Positions 34,723 to 48,301 are shown, numbered from the whole stretch's first letter. The stretch: DNA of 63,716 nucleotides, filler included, from Octopus bimaculoides (GCF_001194135.2; 4 parts of 4 records of this genome joined end to end with filler, not necessarily neighbours in it), one strand, 5' to 3'. The notes: generated by a model from the letters alone, not told the origin. Numbers and translations are program-made.

Positions 34723-35000
34723 GTTGTTGTTGTTGGCACCCCGTCGCTTACGACGTCGAGGGTTCCAGTTGATCCTATCAACGGAACAGCCTGCTCATGA
34801 AATTAACGTGCAAGTGGCTGAGCACTCCACAGACTCGTGTACCCTTAACGTAGTTCTCGGGGATAATCAGCGTGACACAGTGTGACAAGGCTGGCCCTTT
34901 GAATTACAGGCACAACAGAAACAGGAAGAAAGAGTGAGAGAAAGTTGTGGTGGAAGAGTACAGCAGGGTTCATCACCATCCCCTGCCGGAGCCTCGTGGA
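34722..35000 (-). mobile_element. SINE family C (5' end in gap)
   Basis: Reverse complement of the family C 3' two-thirds, with a (GTT)n tail inserted in (TACA)n. Confidence 0.92.
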
Positions 35001-35399
35001 NNNNNNNNNNNNNNNNNNNNNNNNNNNNNNNNNNNNNNNNNNNNNNNNNNNNNNNNNNNNNNNNNNNNNNNNNNNNNNNNNNNNNNNNNNNNNNNNNNNN
35101 NNNNNNNNNNNNNNNNNNNNNNNNNNNNNNNNNNNNNNNNNNNNNNNNNNNNNNNNNNNNNNNNNNNNNNNNNNNNNNNNNNNNNNNNNNNNNNNNNNNN
35201 NNNNNNNNNNNNNNNNNNNNNNNNNNNNNNNNNNNNNNNNNNNNNNNNNNNNNNNNNNNNNNNNNNNNNNNNNNNNNNNNNNNNNNNNNNNNNNNNNNNN
35301 NNNNNATATATATATATATATAAACTCGTATCAAAAAATGTAAGAGGTTTTACACTTTACTAGAGAACTCGATGAAAATAATAAACATAATACTATTTC

Positions 35400-36110
35400 A
35401 TACATATAAGAAATATTTGTTAAAGTTATTAGTGTCCTCTTTATCTCTGATACCCGAATACCTTGGTGTAATCCACAGCTTTGTTGCTTCAGATATGTCA
35501 CGGCATCATGTTCTATATTTTAACAAGCAACTGTTTACTTTTTAAAATTTAAGTGAAGTTATAATTATTATAATCCATGAAATCCTTGGTGAAATATTAG
35601 TATTGATTTTGGAATATTTATTTTCACTATTTCGGGGATGTACTTGTCCAGCAAATGATTTGGTTTGAGACAGTGTACTGGAAATAAAGCAATTACAGCG
35701 AGGAAGGCACATATTCCACTTTAGTGGAACTTTGTCAGTGACCAGGTCGTAATTGGTACATGGAAAATTTTGACACCAAATAATAAATGTTAAAGTGAAG
35801 TTAACAATCTTGGTGAGTTATTAATGGCTAATTAGTGCCTTCCACGCTGTAGTTTTTTATTTTCACTATATTTTTAGTAAAATCCACCATACGACTTTTG
35901 CTTCGTGAATCTAATCTTTACCATTAAAATATGCAAAGTTCTGCATCCTGCAGTAGATCCCTTCTAATATTTGTAGTCCAAGCCCCGATATTGTTGTGTT
36001 ATGATGTGCTATAGAAATGCAGAACATTACCTCACCACCCATAGCAAAGTTATCAAAACATCTGATATTCCTCTCATTTCAAAATCACTCTATTGATGTT
36101 AATAAAATAA
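35400..36110 (-). pseudogene. Possible highly decayed reverse-transcriptase remnant (PLE-like)
   Basis: Fragments VIALFP and TYLKQQSCGLHQGIRVSE loosely match RT motifs 3 and 4. Confidence 0.25.
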
Positions 36111-36169
36111 ATAGGTGTTAAACAATCATACAGTGCTCGTAGATAGGAGATGGATATTCACAAACGTTA

Positions 36170-36801
36170 CAGTTTCCTACTAAATAATCTGCCACTATTC
36201 CACTCCTCTAGATTCTTTAGTCAAGAGAGAAGGCATGCCCATAACTCTTTTACAGTGCTTCCGAGACCTCTGGTAGGGAGGGAGTTACCCTCAAACATTC
36301 AGGTCATAATGCTTTCTGGCTTCAATTTCGCTTGGGATTATTTTTTCCTGTCAGCTCAGTAGCCATGTAATGGATTCGGCAAAATTGTGGCTGAGTGATA
36401 ATATCTGAATTGTATTCGATATAACACATGTTTCTGCTTCTGATTGCAGAGTATATCTACTTGTAGCGCTTATTTTGATGTACCTGAAATAAGATAATGA
36501 CATACCTTGTCATATTTAATTACGATTTTTTATATTCTGAGCTCATGTCCCATCAAGGTCTTCCAAGCTTGTCAATAAAATATATACTAAATATGTTTTG
36601 GGACGATTAAATTCCTTGCGTCTATCCCGCTACATCCCAGGCAAAATTCAGGCCAGAAAGCATTCTGACCTGAATGTTTGAGGGTAACTCCCTCCCTACC
36701 AGAGGTCTCGGAAGCACTGTAAAGAGTTATGGGCATGCCTTCCCTCTTGACTAAAGAATCTAGAGGAGTGGAATATTGGCAGATTATTTAGTAGGGAACT
36801 G
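36170..36801. mobile_element. 632-bp foldback element with about 169-bp TIRs and TA TSD
   Basis: 36170-36338 is the near-perfect reverse complement of 36634-36801. TA at 36168-36169 and 36802-36803. Confidence 0.9.
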
Positions 36802-37138
36802 TAACTAGCGTGTGCTAATGATAGAAATTTTTAGTCACGTTTTATTTGCTATTTATGATACAAGTTATTGGGTAGAAGAAAACGTTAGATGTTGTAATGT
36901 TCATTCTTTTGTTACTCATTGCACACTGGTGACAAGATACGAGCTAAAGAGTCCCTGTAATCACGTGGTCACGTGACCGATCAGACTTATCAGATGTTGT
37001 TACACAATGTTGGTCACAATGTGTGTTGATTCGTTTTAGCCTTCGAATGGCGCCATCCTGCCAGCTAGGCGAGCAGGTCAACATTCCCCTCTGATCGAAA
37101 AGGGCGACTGCAGCAACGTGAAATGAAATGTTTTTTCT

Positions 37139-37930
37139 CAATTCTTGGTGTTTTGAAAATGCTTCTTTCTTTAGTTCTTCCTGTTTTGAAAATCCTTCTT
37201 CCTTCAATTTCTGCTGTTTTCGTTGTTTCTACAATTCTTGCTGTTTTGAAAATCCTTCTTTNNNNNNNNNNNNNNNNNNNNNNNNNNNNNNNNNNNNNNN
37301 NNNNNNNNNNNNNNNNNNNNNNNNNNNNNNNNNNNNNNNNNNNNNNNNNNNNNNNNNNNNNNNNNNNNNNNNNNNNNNNNNCAATTCTTGTTGCTTCTAT
37401 ATCCTTCTTTCTAAAAATTTTTGCTGTTTTGAAAATCCTTCCTTCTTTAATTCCTGCCGTTTTGAAAATCCTTCTATCTGCAGTTGTTGCTGTTTTGAAA
37501 ATACTTCTTCCTTCAGTCCTTCATTTTGAAAATCCTCCTTTCTTCAATTCTTGCTGTTTTGAAATCCTTCTTTCTCCAATTCTTACTGTTTTAAAAATCC
37601 TTCTTTCTTCAAGTCTTGATTTTGAAAACCCGTCTTTCTTCACTTCTTGCTGCATAATATAAATCATTCTTTCTTTAATTCTTCATTTTGAAAATCTTTC
37701 CTTCTTCAATTCTTGCTGTTTTGAAACTCCTTCTTACTTCAATTGTTGCGGTTTTTTCTTGTTTCTTTTTTACTTCTATTCTTGCTGTTTTGAAATTCCT
37801 TCTTTCTTCAATTCTTGATGTTTCGAAAATCATTCTTTCTTCAATTCTTTCTATTTTGAAAATCCTTCTTCCTTCAATTCTCGCTGTTTTGAAAATCCTT
37901 CTTTCTTCAATACTAGCTTATTTGAAAGTC
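37139..37930. repeat. 33-bp degenerate minisatellite (about 24 units including the gap)
   Basis: Consensus CAATTCTTGCTGTTTTGAAAATCCTTCTTTCTT. It produces the ILAVLKILLSS ORF periodicity. Confidence 0.9.
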
Positions 37931-38872
37931 TTTCTTTCTCTATTTTTCTTTGTTTGTTTGTTTGTTTGTTTCGTTCTTTCTTTCTCTCTGTCTGTCTGTC
38001 TGTCTTTGTTTCTTTCTTGCTTCTTTCTTTGTTTCTTTCTTTTTCCTTCTGTTCTTTCTTTCTCTCTGTCTTTGTTTCTTTCTTTCTTTCGGTTTTTCCT
38101 TCTGTCCTTCTTTCTTTCTTGTATTTCATTTCCATTTTACAATAATCCAGTTTATCTTTCCTTCGTTTTATCCCTATTACTTTATATATTCAGAACCTAC
38201 TTACCATTTTTATTCTTATTTTTACCTCCGCGTATTTCTTGTTCTTTTACTTTCCTTTCCAATTCCCTTCATTCTTTCCATTTTTATTTTATTTCCTTCT
38301 TTTGTTCTTTCATTCATTCCTCTTCTCACACTTTTCTCACTTACCTCATTCCGTACTTTTCTCGTTACTTCTCGTTGTTTATTCTTTATCTTTCATCATT
38401 CTATTCCTTCATCTCACTGTCCCATTTTTGTTCTTTCCTTGGTTTTTTTCTTCATTGCCTTCATTCGTTTTCATTTCTTCTTTTTGTTCTATAAATTTCT
38501 TTCGCTTTTTCTCTTTCTCGCTTTCTCCCTTCTTTTTTTTGTCTCTCTCTCTCTCTCTTTCATTTCTTTCGTTATTTCTCTCTTTCTCTTTCTCAACCTT
38601 CCCTTATTCATTCTTCCTTATTTCATTTTTTTTTTCTTTTCCATCACCATTAGCATCATCGTTACAGGCCGCTGCCACCACCGGCGCCGACGCCGCCGCC
38701 ACTGCCGCCTCAACCGCTGTCACCACCGTCGTCCCCGCAACCGCCACACCACCATCGCCACCACCACGCCACCACCACGCCACCATCGCCACCGCCACTG
38801 CCACCTCACCATCATCATTATCGTCGTTGTCATCGTCATCATCATCGTCATCATAATCATCATCACCACCAC

Positions 38873-38921
<49 letters not shown>

Positions 38922-38990
38922 GTCATATTTTCTATTACTATCACCATCGTTAGCATCATTATCATTATCATCGCCATCCTTATTGTCAGC
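37930..38990. repeat. Pyrimidine-rich low-complexity tract grading into (CCG)/(CCA)/(TCA)n
   Basis: Direct inspection. Confidence 0.9.
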
Positions 38991-39034
38991 NNNNNNNNNN
39001 NNNNNNNNNNNNNNNNNNNNNNNNNNNNNNNNNN

Positions 39035-39046
39035 TTAATTAATTAA
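39035..39046. other. Artificial scaffold-join spacer
   Basis: 44N-TTAATTAATTAA-44N. Confidence 0.9.
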
Positions 39047-39116
39047 NNNNNNNNNNNNNNNNNNNNNNNNNNNNNNNNNNNNNNNNNNNNCACACACACA
39101 CACACACGTATATATT

Positions 39117-39412
39117 ATTTGTTTCAGTACTTATTCTATCGTTCCCTTTTGCCAAACCGCTAAGTTACGGGGACGTAAACACAACAGCATCGTTTGTCAA
39201 GCGATGTTGGGGTGGGGGGGACAAGCACAGACACACAAACATATACACACACATACATATATATACATACATACGACGGGCTTTTTTCAGTTTCTGTCTA
39301 CCAAATTCACTCACAAGGCTTTGGTCAGCCCGAGTCTATAGTAGAAGACACTTGCCCAAGATGCCATGCAGTGGGACTGAACCCGGAACCATGCAGTTCG
39401 TAAGCAAGATAC
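39117..39412 (-). mobile_element. SINE family A (internally deleted, head truncated by the PLE fragment)
   Basis: Reverse-complement family A sequence that stops at GCAGTTCGTAAGCAAG. Confidence 0.88.
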
Positions 39413-39420
39413 TTAGAAAC

Positions 39421-40041
39421 AATGAGGCCTTCAACATCATCATCCAAAGTATACTCATTCTCGCTGGAGATAAAACAATGAACAAAATTTTAAACTCACA
39501 CAAAATTATCATGAGCAAAATGCAAGCGAAATCATTGAAACAAATATTAACCAGCAGAAGACTATATCCATTAACAACGGAACCAAAAGTGGAAAAATGC
39601 GGACGGCCTAACTGTGGCACATGCCCCCACCTTTTTGAAGGTAGAGAGTTTCAATTCATACAAGGTGAAATATTTAAAATAAAATTAAATTGCACATATG
39701 CCTCCGAAAACTTAATGTATGCTATTACCTGCTTAGGGTTCGGAAATCACTATATAAGCTAAACAGGAATGTCTCTCCGACGAAGAGCAACTCTTCACAA
39801 AGAACAAATCCGCGACCCAAAATATAGACAAATACAGGTCAATGAGCATATAGAAAAATGTGCTAGGAACCTTAAACCGAACTTCCTAATTTTCCCTTTT
39901 TATCAATGTTTACAGAACACCTCAGTTCAGCAAAGATTAAATAATGAGAGAACTTTCATTAATAAATATTATCTGCAACTCAAAATGAATACACAACTTA
40001 ATACAGGACACTACCAACTTTACCAATACCATCCAGCTTAA
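39421..40041 (+). pseudogene. Penelope-like element C-terminus with GIY-YIG endonuclease
   Basis: One frame with a single stop: KCGRPNCGTCPH, NLMYAITC..GNHYIS*TG, LRRR..HK..IR..Y....V.EH, RLNNERTFINKY. Confidence 0.85.
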
Positions 40042-40155
40042 TTGTTTGACTTCCCTAACTACTTACTTAACTTGCATGTAATCTTTTCACTCAGGTACTA
40101 TTAGACCCAACACCGTTTGGAAATCGGTGTTCATTCAAAGTCAGTTATCAGCCTT

Positions 40156-40203
<48 letters not shown>

Positions 40204-40330
40204 NNNNNNNNNNNNNNNNNNNNNNNNNNNNNNNNNNNNNNNNNNNNNNNNNNNNNNNNNNNNNNNNNNNNNNNNNNNNNNNNNNNNNNNNNNNNNNNNN
40301 NNNNNNNNNNNNNNNNNNNNNNNNNNNNNN

Positions 40331-40390
<60 letters not shown>

Positions 40391-41069
40391 CACGTTGTGC
40401 AACCTACAATGCATGAGGACTGAACCTAAAACTACTTAACTGTAAAGCATGCGTCTTAACCGCAAAGCTGTGACTGCTTTTATATATGCAAAAACATTCG
40501 CAAATGCATCGAAATATGATTAGTAGTCGAGATTTCATTTGTTGCCATTAAGCCATTAGTAAATGGATTAGAGATTCACTTGTCTATTTGGTTTATGCAC
40601 CACATATAACAAAATCATAGATTTGTAATGGAAATGATGCAACCAGTACCATGCGCTTAAAACGCACAATGGCAATACCACTGAGAATATTAAATGCATT
40701 TTAATGATGATGAATAACTTAATATCAGGGATGTGTTTGCCTGGTGTCTAGTTTGAGCTGAGACTCTACATCAAAACTAACAAATACTGTGTGGAAGACA
40801 CAAATATACATAAAAACTGTTAATTTCTCATAAACATTTATTTCGTGTCAAAATTTCAACCAAAATGCAAAGCTAACTGGTCGACTCTGAGCTCGAGATG
40901 ATGATAACCAGAACATCTGGCCTATATAAATAAGAAAGAAAATATTTTTATAACACTGACGTCTGGTGATACTGACCATCTAGCTTCTCCTCTAACCAAC
41001 TGCAGTGAAACCATGTCAGTGACCAGGTCGCAATTGGTACAACGAAAATATTCATCTGAAATTTTGACA

Positions 41070-41260
41070 CAAGGACAGCACGTTTGGGTGAGGGGCTAAG
41101 TCGATTAACTCGACGCCAGTTTTCAACTGGTTCTTATTTTAACGACTCTGGAAGGATAAAAGGCAAAGGCGACGACGGCGAAATTTGAACTCATGGGAAA
41201 GACGAGCGAAATGCCGCTAAGCTTTTGGCCGGAGTCCTAACAATTCTGCCAGCTCGTCAC
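41070..41260 (-). mobile_element. SINE family B
   Basis: AAATTTGAACTC..GAAATGCCGCTAAG..CTAACAATTCTGCCAGCTCG. Confidence 0.8.
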
Positions 41261-41420
41261 ATTATGCGAGAAGAATATTGAAAGCAAAGAATAAGTGCTT
41301 AACTGAAGTTAACAATATTCTGAAAACTATGTCTATTTCTTTTATGTAAAGAAATACTATTTCAACGAAATTTGTGCTTATCATTTTAACATATCTGTGG
41401 AAATAAAGCTTTGAATTCTA

Positions 41421-41824
41421 TCATTTTATCCATCAATTGGTTCAGTCATCAGACAACGGCCGGGATGGGGCACCTCCTTGAAGAATTTTTCGTCGAACGA
41501 ATCGATCCTGGTACTTCTTTTATAGAAAGCCTGGTATTTATTCTATCACTCTCTTTTCTCGGACTGCTAGCTTACGGGGACTTAAATAAACCAGTAGGTT
41601 GTCAAGCAGTGGTGGGCGGACAAACCCAGAAATAAAGACACAAACACACACATATATATAGGACAGGTTTCTTCCGGTTTCCGTCTGAGAAATCCACTTA
41701 CAAGGTTTTGATCGGCTCGAGACTATAGTAGATGATAGTTAGCCAAGTTGCTATGTAGTGGGACTGAAGCCGGAACCATGCACTTGGGAATCAAACTTCT
41801 TACCATATAGCCACGCCTGCACCT
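41421..41824 (-). mobile_element. SINE family A
   Basis: Full-length, diverged reverse-complement copy. Confidence 0.85.
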
Positions 41825-42147
41825 GTTCAAAACTGCAAAATGCTTTAATAGAATGTTTCATCATATTTTCCAAGGCCCAAATATTACATCCTCTAGAGTA
41901 GAAATGAATAAAAATACAAGTTCTTTCATGAGTGAATTAATTTCATAATCGTCATACATTAAGTCCGAGATAAATTTGGACAGCGAGGTAATTTCGTGAA
42001 CTTCTAGGTGACTGAAAGTATAAATATGCAGTAAGAATGTATTTTAAAGGGATATTCAATAAGGACTTTATTGCTATTTGTTTCACGGTTAGTCCGATAA
42101 ATTAATACTTAAGAAAGACACATACCACATGCCAGTTGCTGAAATTT

Positions 42148-42530
42148 ATATATACGAGGAGGCATATATGCATTCGCACACGATGTTTCCTGCTCATATT
42201 GGCTTTACACAGAAGCAACTAAGTTTTGAGGGCAAGTGTAACTTATTTTACTGCTGTTATTATTAAATATCTTCAGTACTTTACAAACATCGGACTGGTG
42301 GATGGCGCATAATCTGTCAAATTAGATGAGGATTAGTGCTCTTCAGCCTTGAGTGACATGCTTTCTATGAGCGGGGGAACTGATACGAAACGATTCCGTG
42401 TTCGTGACATATTTACTGAAATTCGGTGTTATCCCTAAGATCAAATTGGATGGACAGTTCTATACAAGATTTCATCCTTATAATCAAATCCCTGTGAGTA
42501 CTGTCAAACGGTTTTCATCGAACATATTAT
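42148..42530 (+). mobile_element. Possible decayed mariner 5' fragment
   Basis: TA-CGAGG start and PVSTVKRFSSN resembling PS.STVKRW..EF. Confidence 0.3.
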
Positions 42531-43170
42531 TATTCAGTATGTTTCAACCCTAATATATGCATTAGTTAATTCACTTAGGGGTAGCACCCTCATTCGCACG
42601 AGGATCGGCGATATATATATATATATATNNNNNNNNNNNNNNNNNNNNNNNNNNNNNNNNNNNNNNNNNNNNNNNNNNNNNNNNNNNNNNNNNNNNNNNN
42701 NNNNNNNNNNNNNNNNNNNNNNNNNNNNNNNNNNNNNNNNNNNNNNNNNNNNNNNNNNNNNNNNNNNNNNNNNNNNNNNNNNNNNNNNNNNNNNNNNNNN
42801 NNNNNNNNNNNNNNNNNNNNNNNNNNNNNNNNNNNNNNNNNNNNNNNNNNNNNNNNNNNNNNNNNNNNNNNNNNNNNNNNNNNNNNNNNNNNNNNNNNNN
42901 NNNNNNNNNNNNNNNNNNNNNNNNNNNNNNNNNNNNNNNNNNNNNNNNNNNNNNNNNNNNNNNNNNNNNNNNNNNNNNNNNNNNNNNNNNNNNNNNNNNN
43001 NNNNNNNNNNNNNNNNNNNNNNNNNNNNNNNNNNNNNNNNNNNNNNNNNNNNNNNNNNNNNNNNNNNNNNNNNNNNNNNNNNNNNNNNNNNNNNNTATAT
43101 ATATATATATATATAGATATATATATGTGTGTATGTGAATGTGTGTATGTGTGCTTGTATATATATATGT

Positions 43171-43215
<45 letters not shown>

Positions 43216-43398
43216 TGTGTCTGTGTGCAGATGCGTAAATACGCATCTGTGCATGCATCATGTTTATCTACATTTATACGCCCATGCATTGTACTTACTC
43301 GCTATATGCATGCAAGCATAATTATATCTCCAGCATGAGTCTAACAGCTTGCATGACAACAAATTTACTGTATAGACGTACATGTATCTGTGTAGTTT

Positions 43399-43439
<41 letters not shown>

Positions 43440-44054
43440 ACCCCACACACACGAACACGCACACAACAACGCACTTTCACACATACACGCACGTATACAT
43501 ATACACACAATCTTCAGCATTTACAGATAATAGCCCCATTCCTAAAAAAACTAACAACTCCGTACCACATCAAACAAGCTTAACACCCTCAAGGCAAATC
43601 GACTAGACCATCAGATGTTGTTATACATCGCTTGCTACAATGTCCTTCGCATTGTTTTAGCTTTCGAATGACTCCACATCGCTGGCTAGGTGACCAGAAC
43701 CTCTTGATCGGAAGTCTGTTCCACAATAAGGCTATCAATTTACAGCTGAGTGGACGGGATCAATATGAAATGATGTGCATCGCTCCGGAACATAGCGCGC
43801 CGTCCGGTCTATAAATTAAACCCTCGTTCTAGCGATCGTCAGTGCAACACCCTAACCACCAGATAGCGTGATGAATAAACCGCCTATAGATAAGAGCGAG
43901 GGCCCTGGCACATGGATGAAGCTCCTGTCCAATGGAGACATCGGGCCTTGCAATTTACGTTATAATTATTTGAAAAATGAATTCATTGATTTGACTCTTA
44001 GAGGTACTAGTACTATGTTTGAGTATGTGTGTATGTACGTAAGCAGGTACGTAA

Positions 44055-44093
<39 letters not shown>

Positions 44094-44445
44094 TACATAT
44101 CTTCGAAACGCCTAGTTTAGAATAGAGGCAGCTGATGAAGGAAAAGTTCCATAAGTGGCTCGTCTGTTTTCCTATGTGTTCATTCTGTTGTCCGTAAAAA
44201 AAAAAGTCCGTTTTTGTGCTTTATGTTCCCGTTCCTTTTTTGACGTCCTGTACCCGGATATGCATCTATATATACATGTAGATGTAGGTATGTACATATA
44301 TGTATGTATACATGCATATGCTCATATATCATTTGTATTGTTATATATACATATATATACTTACATATATATATATAATATTTGTAAACAAACTCGGGGG
44401 CTTGATAAGTTACACAAAAAAGAGAGTACGAAAGCCTTTTTTATA

Positions 44446-44772
44446 CAATAACAACTATATAATAGTATATCATAATAATAATATATACAGAAACACCGAT
44501 TCAAATCGACATTTATCTAAACAATTGACTGAAAAATATAGAGCTAACTCAGGCTAGAATCGAACCCACATATCAACGGTAACATGGCTCCTTGCGCATC
44601 CTATTGAACTAGAACACTCACCCATAAATCTTGTGTATAGATACTTAACTGTCTAGTATTACATATAATATTTGTAAACAAGCCCGGAGGCTCCTCATTC
44701 TTCAATAGTTTAAATGTCGCTTTAAATCTGAGAATATATATTATTATGATATAGTATTATATAGTTATCATT

Positions 44773-44773
<1 letters not shown>
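44446..44773. mobile_element. TA-flanked inverted-repeat element with a tRNA-like interior
   Basis: Arms of about 44446-44528 and 44700-44773 are inverted. The minus strand of the interior has TAGTTCAATAGG and GGTTCGATTC. Confidence 0.55.
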
Positions 44774-44820
<47 letters not shown>

Positions 44821-44836
44821 GTATAAATACTTATGC

Positions 44837-44874
<38 letters not shown>

Positions 44875-45191
44875 TTGTGTACAAATACAATTACAAATAT
44901 TTATGTATATGTATATATTGATGGGTGTGTGTATGTGTGTGCATGTACACATATACACACACATATATATATATAAGTAATTATTTGGACTCTGGGTATG
45001 TTTTGTAGTATACCGATGAAAGCACTTACACCGTTTAGGCTAGCTGATGTCATCGACAGTTACGATACACGTGTCACGGGATCTACGCCAGGATTTCCGC
45101 GGTGTTCGCTGAGTTTATAATGAATGATGGCGACAGAAAATGGGTTCTTGCTAACTTCTTTTTCCGTTTCCCTCATTTGTTACAAATGTGT

Positions 45192-45239
<48 letters not shown>

Positions 45240-45922
45240 CAGTCGATTCCTGGCACAGCATGATCACTCTTTTGAAACAAAGAGTTCATGAATTCCCTGT
45301 CCGTGAATTTGTTTTGGGTGGGTAAATGGCTGCACAGCACTGACGTCACTTTTCAGGCACAACACCAGTGGCACGACTACTTCAAGGTTTTTAAAATAAG
45401 TTTGCCTTTTCCTAGAAGGAAGTTCTAATGGTAATTATCGATCCTTGACTTTCAGTTGTCAATATACTACTTAACCTATTCCTGGGACCTTAACAGATGC
45501 AAATGTCCAGGTTAGAGTAGTCCTGGGAAGAAATAGAGGCTAAGATATGGTTCCAGGCTCCCCCAAAATACTGAAAATTCCGAACCAGGGGCCCACTACA
45601 ATATGCACATTCAAATTGTCATGACTCCAGGATAATACAGCGTCATATGCTAAGTCACGTGTACCGAATACACGCAAACACCTAACATAGGTTCACGTGC
45701 ATGGAAAACAGTTTTCCACACGCACTCAGCGACACAAGCACGGAAGACGCGCGCGCGCACGCACGCACATGAACAAACACTTCTATATGCAAACTTACAA
45801 AACGAGCAAAGAAACGAACAGCTATATACATATATCCACAACGACCAATACATCCTTACATTTACATATATATATGTGTGTGTATGTGCGTGTGTATTAA
45901 TGTATGCATGTGTATATATATA

Positions 45923-45968
<46 letters not shown>

Positions 45969-46514
45969 TATATNNNNNNNNNNNNNNNNNNNNNNNNNNN
46001 NNNNNNNNNNNNNNNNNNNNNNNNNNNNNNNNNNNNNNNNNNNNNNNNNNNNNNNNNNNNNNNNNNNNNNNNNNNNNNNNNNNNNNNNNNNNNNNNNNNN
46101 NNNNNNNNNNNNNNNNNNNNNNNNNNNNNNNNNNNNNNNNNNNNNNNNNNNNNNNNNNNNNNNNNNNNNNNNNNNNNNNNNNNNNNNNNNNNNNNNNNNN
46201 NNNNNNNNNNNNNNNNNNNNNNNNNNNNNNNNNNNNNNNNNNNNNNNNNNNNNNNNNNNNNNNNNNNNNNNNNNNNNNNNNNNNNNNNNNNNNNNNNNNN
46301 NNNNNNNNNNNNNNNNNNNNNNNNNNNNNNNNNNNNNNNNNNNNNNNNNNNNNNNNNNNNNNNNNNNNNNNNNNNNNNNNNNNNNNNNNNNNNNNNNNNN
46401 NNNNNNNNNNNNNNNNNNNNNNNNNNNNNNNNNNNNNNNNNNNNNNNNNNNNNNNNNNNNNNNNNGTTTGATCTGCGAAAAATCTTCGCTTCTTTCCCTC
46501 CTTTTTATACTCCC

Positions 46515-46874
46515 TGTTATTTCTTCTTCTTCTTCTTCTTCTTCTTCTTCTTCTTCTTCTTCTTCTTCTTCTTCTTCTTCTTCTTTTTCTTCTTCTTTTC
46601 TCTTTTTCTTTCCTCTTCTTCTTTCCTCTTCTACTTCTTTCCTATTTTTGTTTGTCGTCTTCTTCTTCTTCTTTTTCTTCTTCTTCTTCTTCTTCTTCTT
46701 CTTCTTCTTCTTCTTCTTCTTCTTCTTCTTCTTCTTCTTCTTCTTCCTCTTCACAATATTATTATTTGTATTACTGTCGCTGTTGCTATTTCGCATTTTC
46801 ATCTTTGTGCTTCCACTTTCTCTTTCCTTCTCTACCTCTTCCTCATTTTTATCTTCTTATCATCATCATCGTCA

Positions 46875-46912
<38 letters not shown>

Positions 46913-46915
46913 TAT
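46515..46915. repeat. (TTC)n and (TTA)n microsatellites
   Basis: Direct inspection. Confidence 0.95.
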
Positions 46916-48216
46916 CTTTACTATTATTACTCTTGTTATAATTCTTCATCTTCATCCTTTTATATTTTCCTCTACAGCTTACGTTTTACCTTGATCCTCA
47001 TCTCCTTTACGTTTTTGTTTTTTTACTTTTCCGCTTTATCCTTTTCTTCTCTTTTCTTCTCATTTCTTTTCCTCCGCCATCTTCTACTCCTTTATCTTCA
47101 TCTGTCTCCCTCCATTCTACGTCACATTCAACCTACATCAGATCCAAGTCTACATTCCTATACATTACAACATATTTGTTTTTCGACTTATGTTACAATT
47201 ACATATATATTTTTGTACATATTATTTTTATGTATTTTGCTCTTTGTTCTGTTGGCCAAAACGTTCAGAGTTCTTCCTCTTTCGGTAATCATATTCTTTT
47301 GATTCCGTATTTGTAGGCACAGATAAATGCTTTCACATGAATACACGATCGCACGCACAAACAGTTAGGCATAAACGCATTCTATACTATATTACATTAA
47401 ACTATACACATATACTTCGATACATAAATGTACATATACATATATATATACATAAAAAGTAAAAAGAAAAAGAGTCAAATAAGTACAGTTCGACAGCTTT
47501 TTAACCACTACAAATGTTTCGATACATACAAATCCACATATATACAGGATTTAAAGTTAATTTTAAATTTAAATGGAATTATGTAACGGTTTATAAGAAG
47601 ATTTATATGTATCGCTTCAGGCGATATTCAATTGCTGTCTCCGTAGGAAAATCTAGATTTGCATGTTAAANNNNNNNNNNNNNNNNNNNNNNNNNNNNNN
47701 NNNNNNNNNNNNNNNNNNNNNNNNNNNNNNNNNNNNNNNNNNNNNNNNNNNNNNNNNNNNNNNNNNNNNNNNNNNNNNNNNNNNNNNNNNNNATACATAC
47801 ATATATATATACATATACATACAGATATATATACATAAAAAGTAAAAAGAAAAAGAGTCAAATAAGTACAGTTCGACAGCTTTTTAACCACTACAAATGT
47901 TTCGATACATACAAATCCACATATATACAGGATTTAAAGTTAATTTTAAATTTAAATGGAATTATGTAACGGTTTATAAGAAGATTTATATGTATCGCTT
48001 CAGGCGATATTCAATTGCTGTCTCCGTAGGAAAATCTAGATTTGCATGTTAAAACATCCATGGCTCCTTTGAAACACACGAGGAATACCTAAAACTAGAA
48101 TTGGTAGCATACCATAATAATACTACCGGCTATTTGGGAATTTTAAGCGAGAACGAGCTCTATTTGTACTCTAATACGTTCTTAACAGAACACACATCAA
48201 CTATATACATACATAC

Positions 48217-48301
<85 letters not shown>

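Noticed and set aside
38668-38990. Pro/His-rich ORF after a long pyrimidine tract and CAG
   Set aside because: A smooth (CCG)>(CCA)>(TCA) microsatellite gradient running into a gap, with no donor or complex sequence.
45341-45348. CRE palindrome TGACGTCA in a CpG-richer patch
   Set aside because: A single 8-mer is expected by chance in 63 kb, and there is no associated gene structure.
47440-48054. About 230-bp tandem duplication
   Set aside because: Identical sequence on both sides of an N gap, an assembly overlap artefact.
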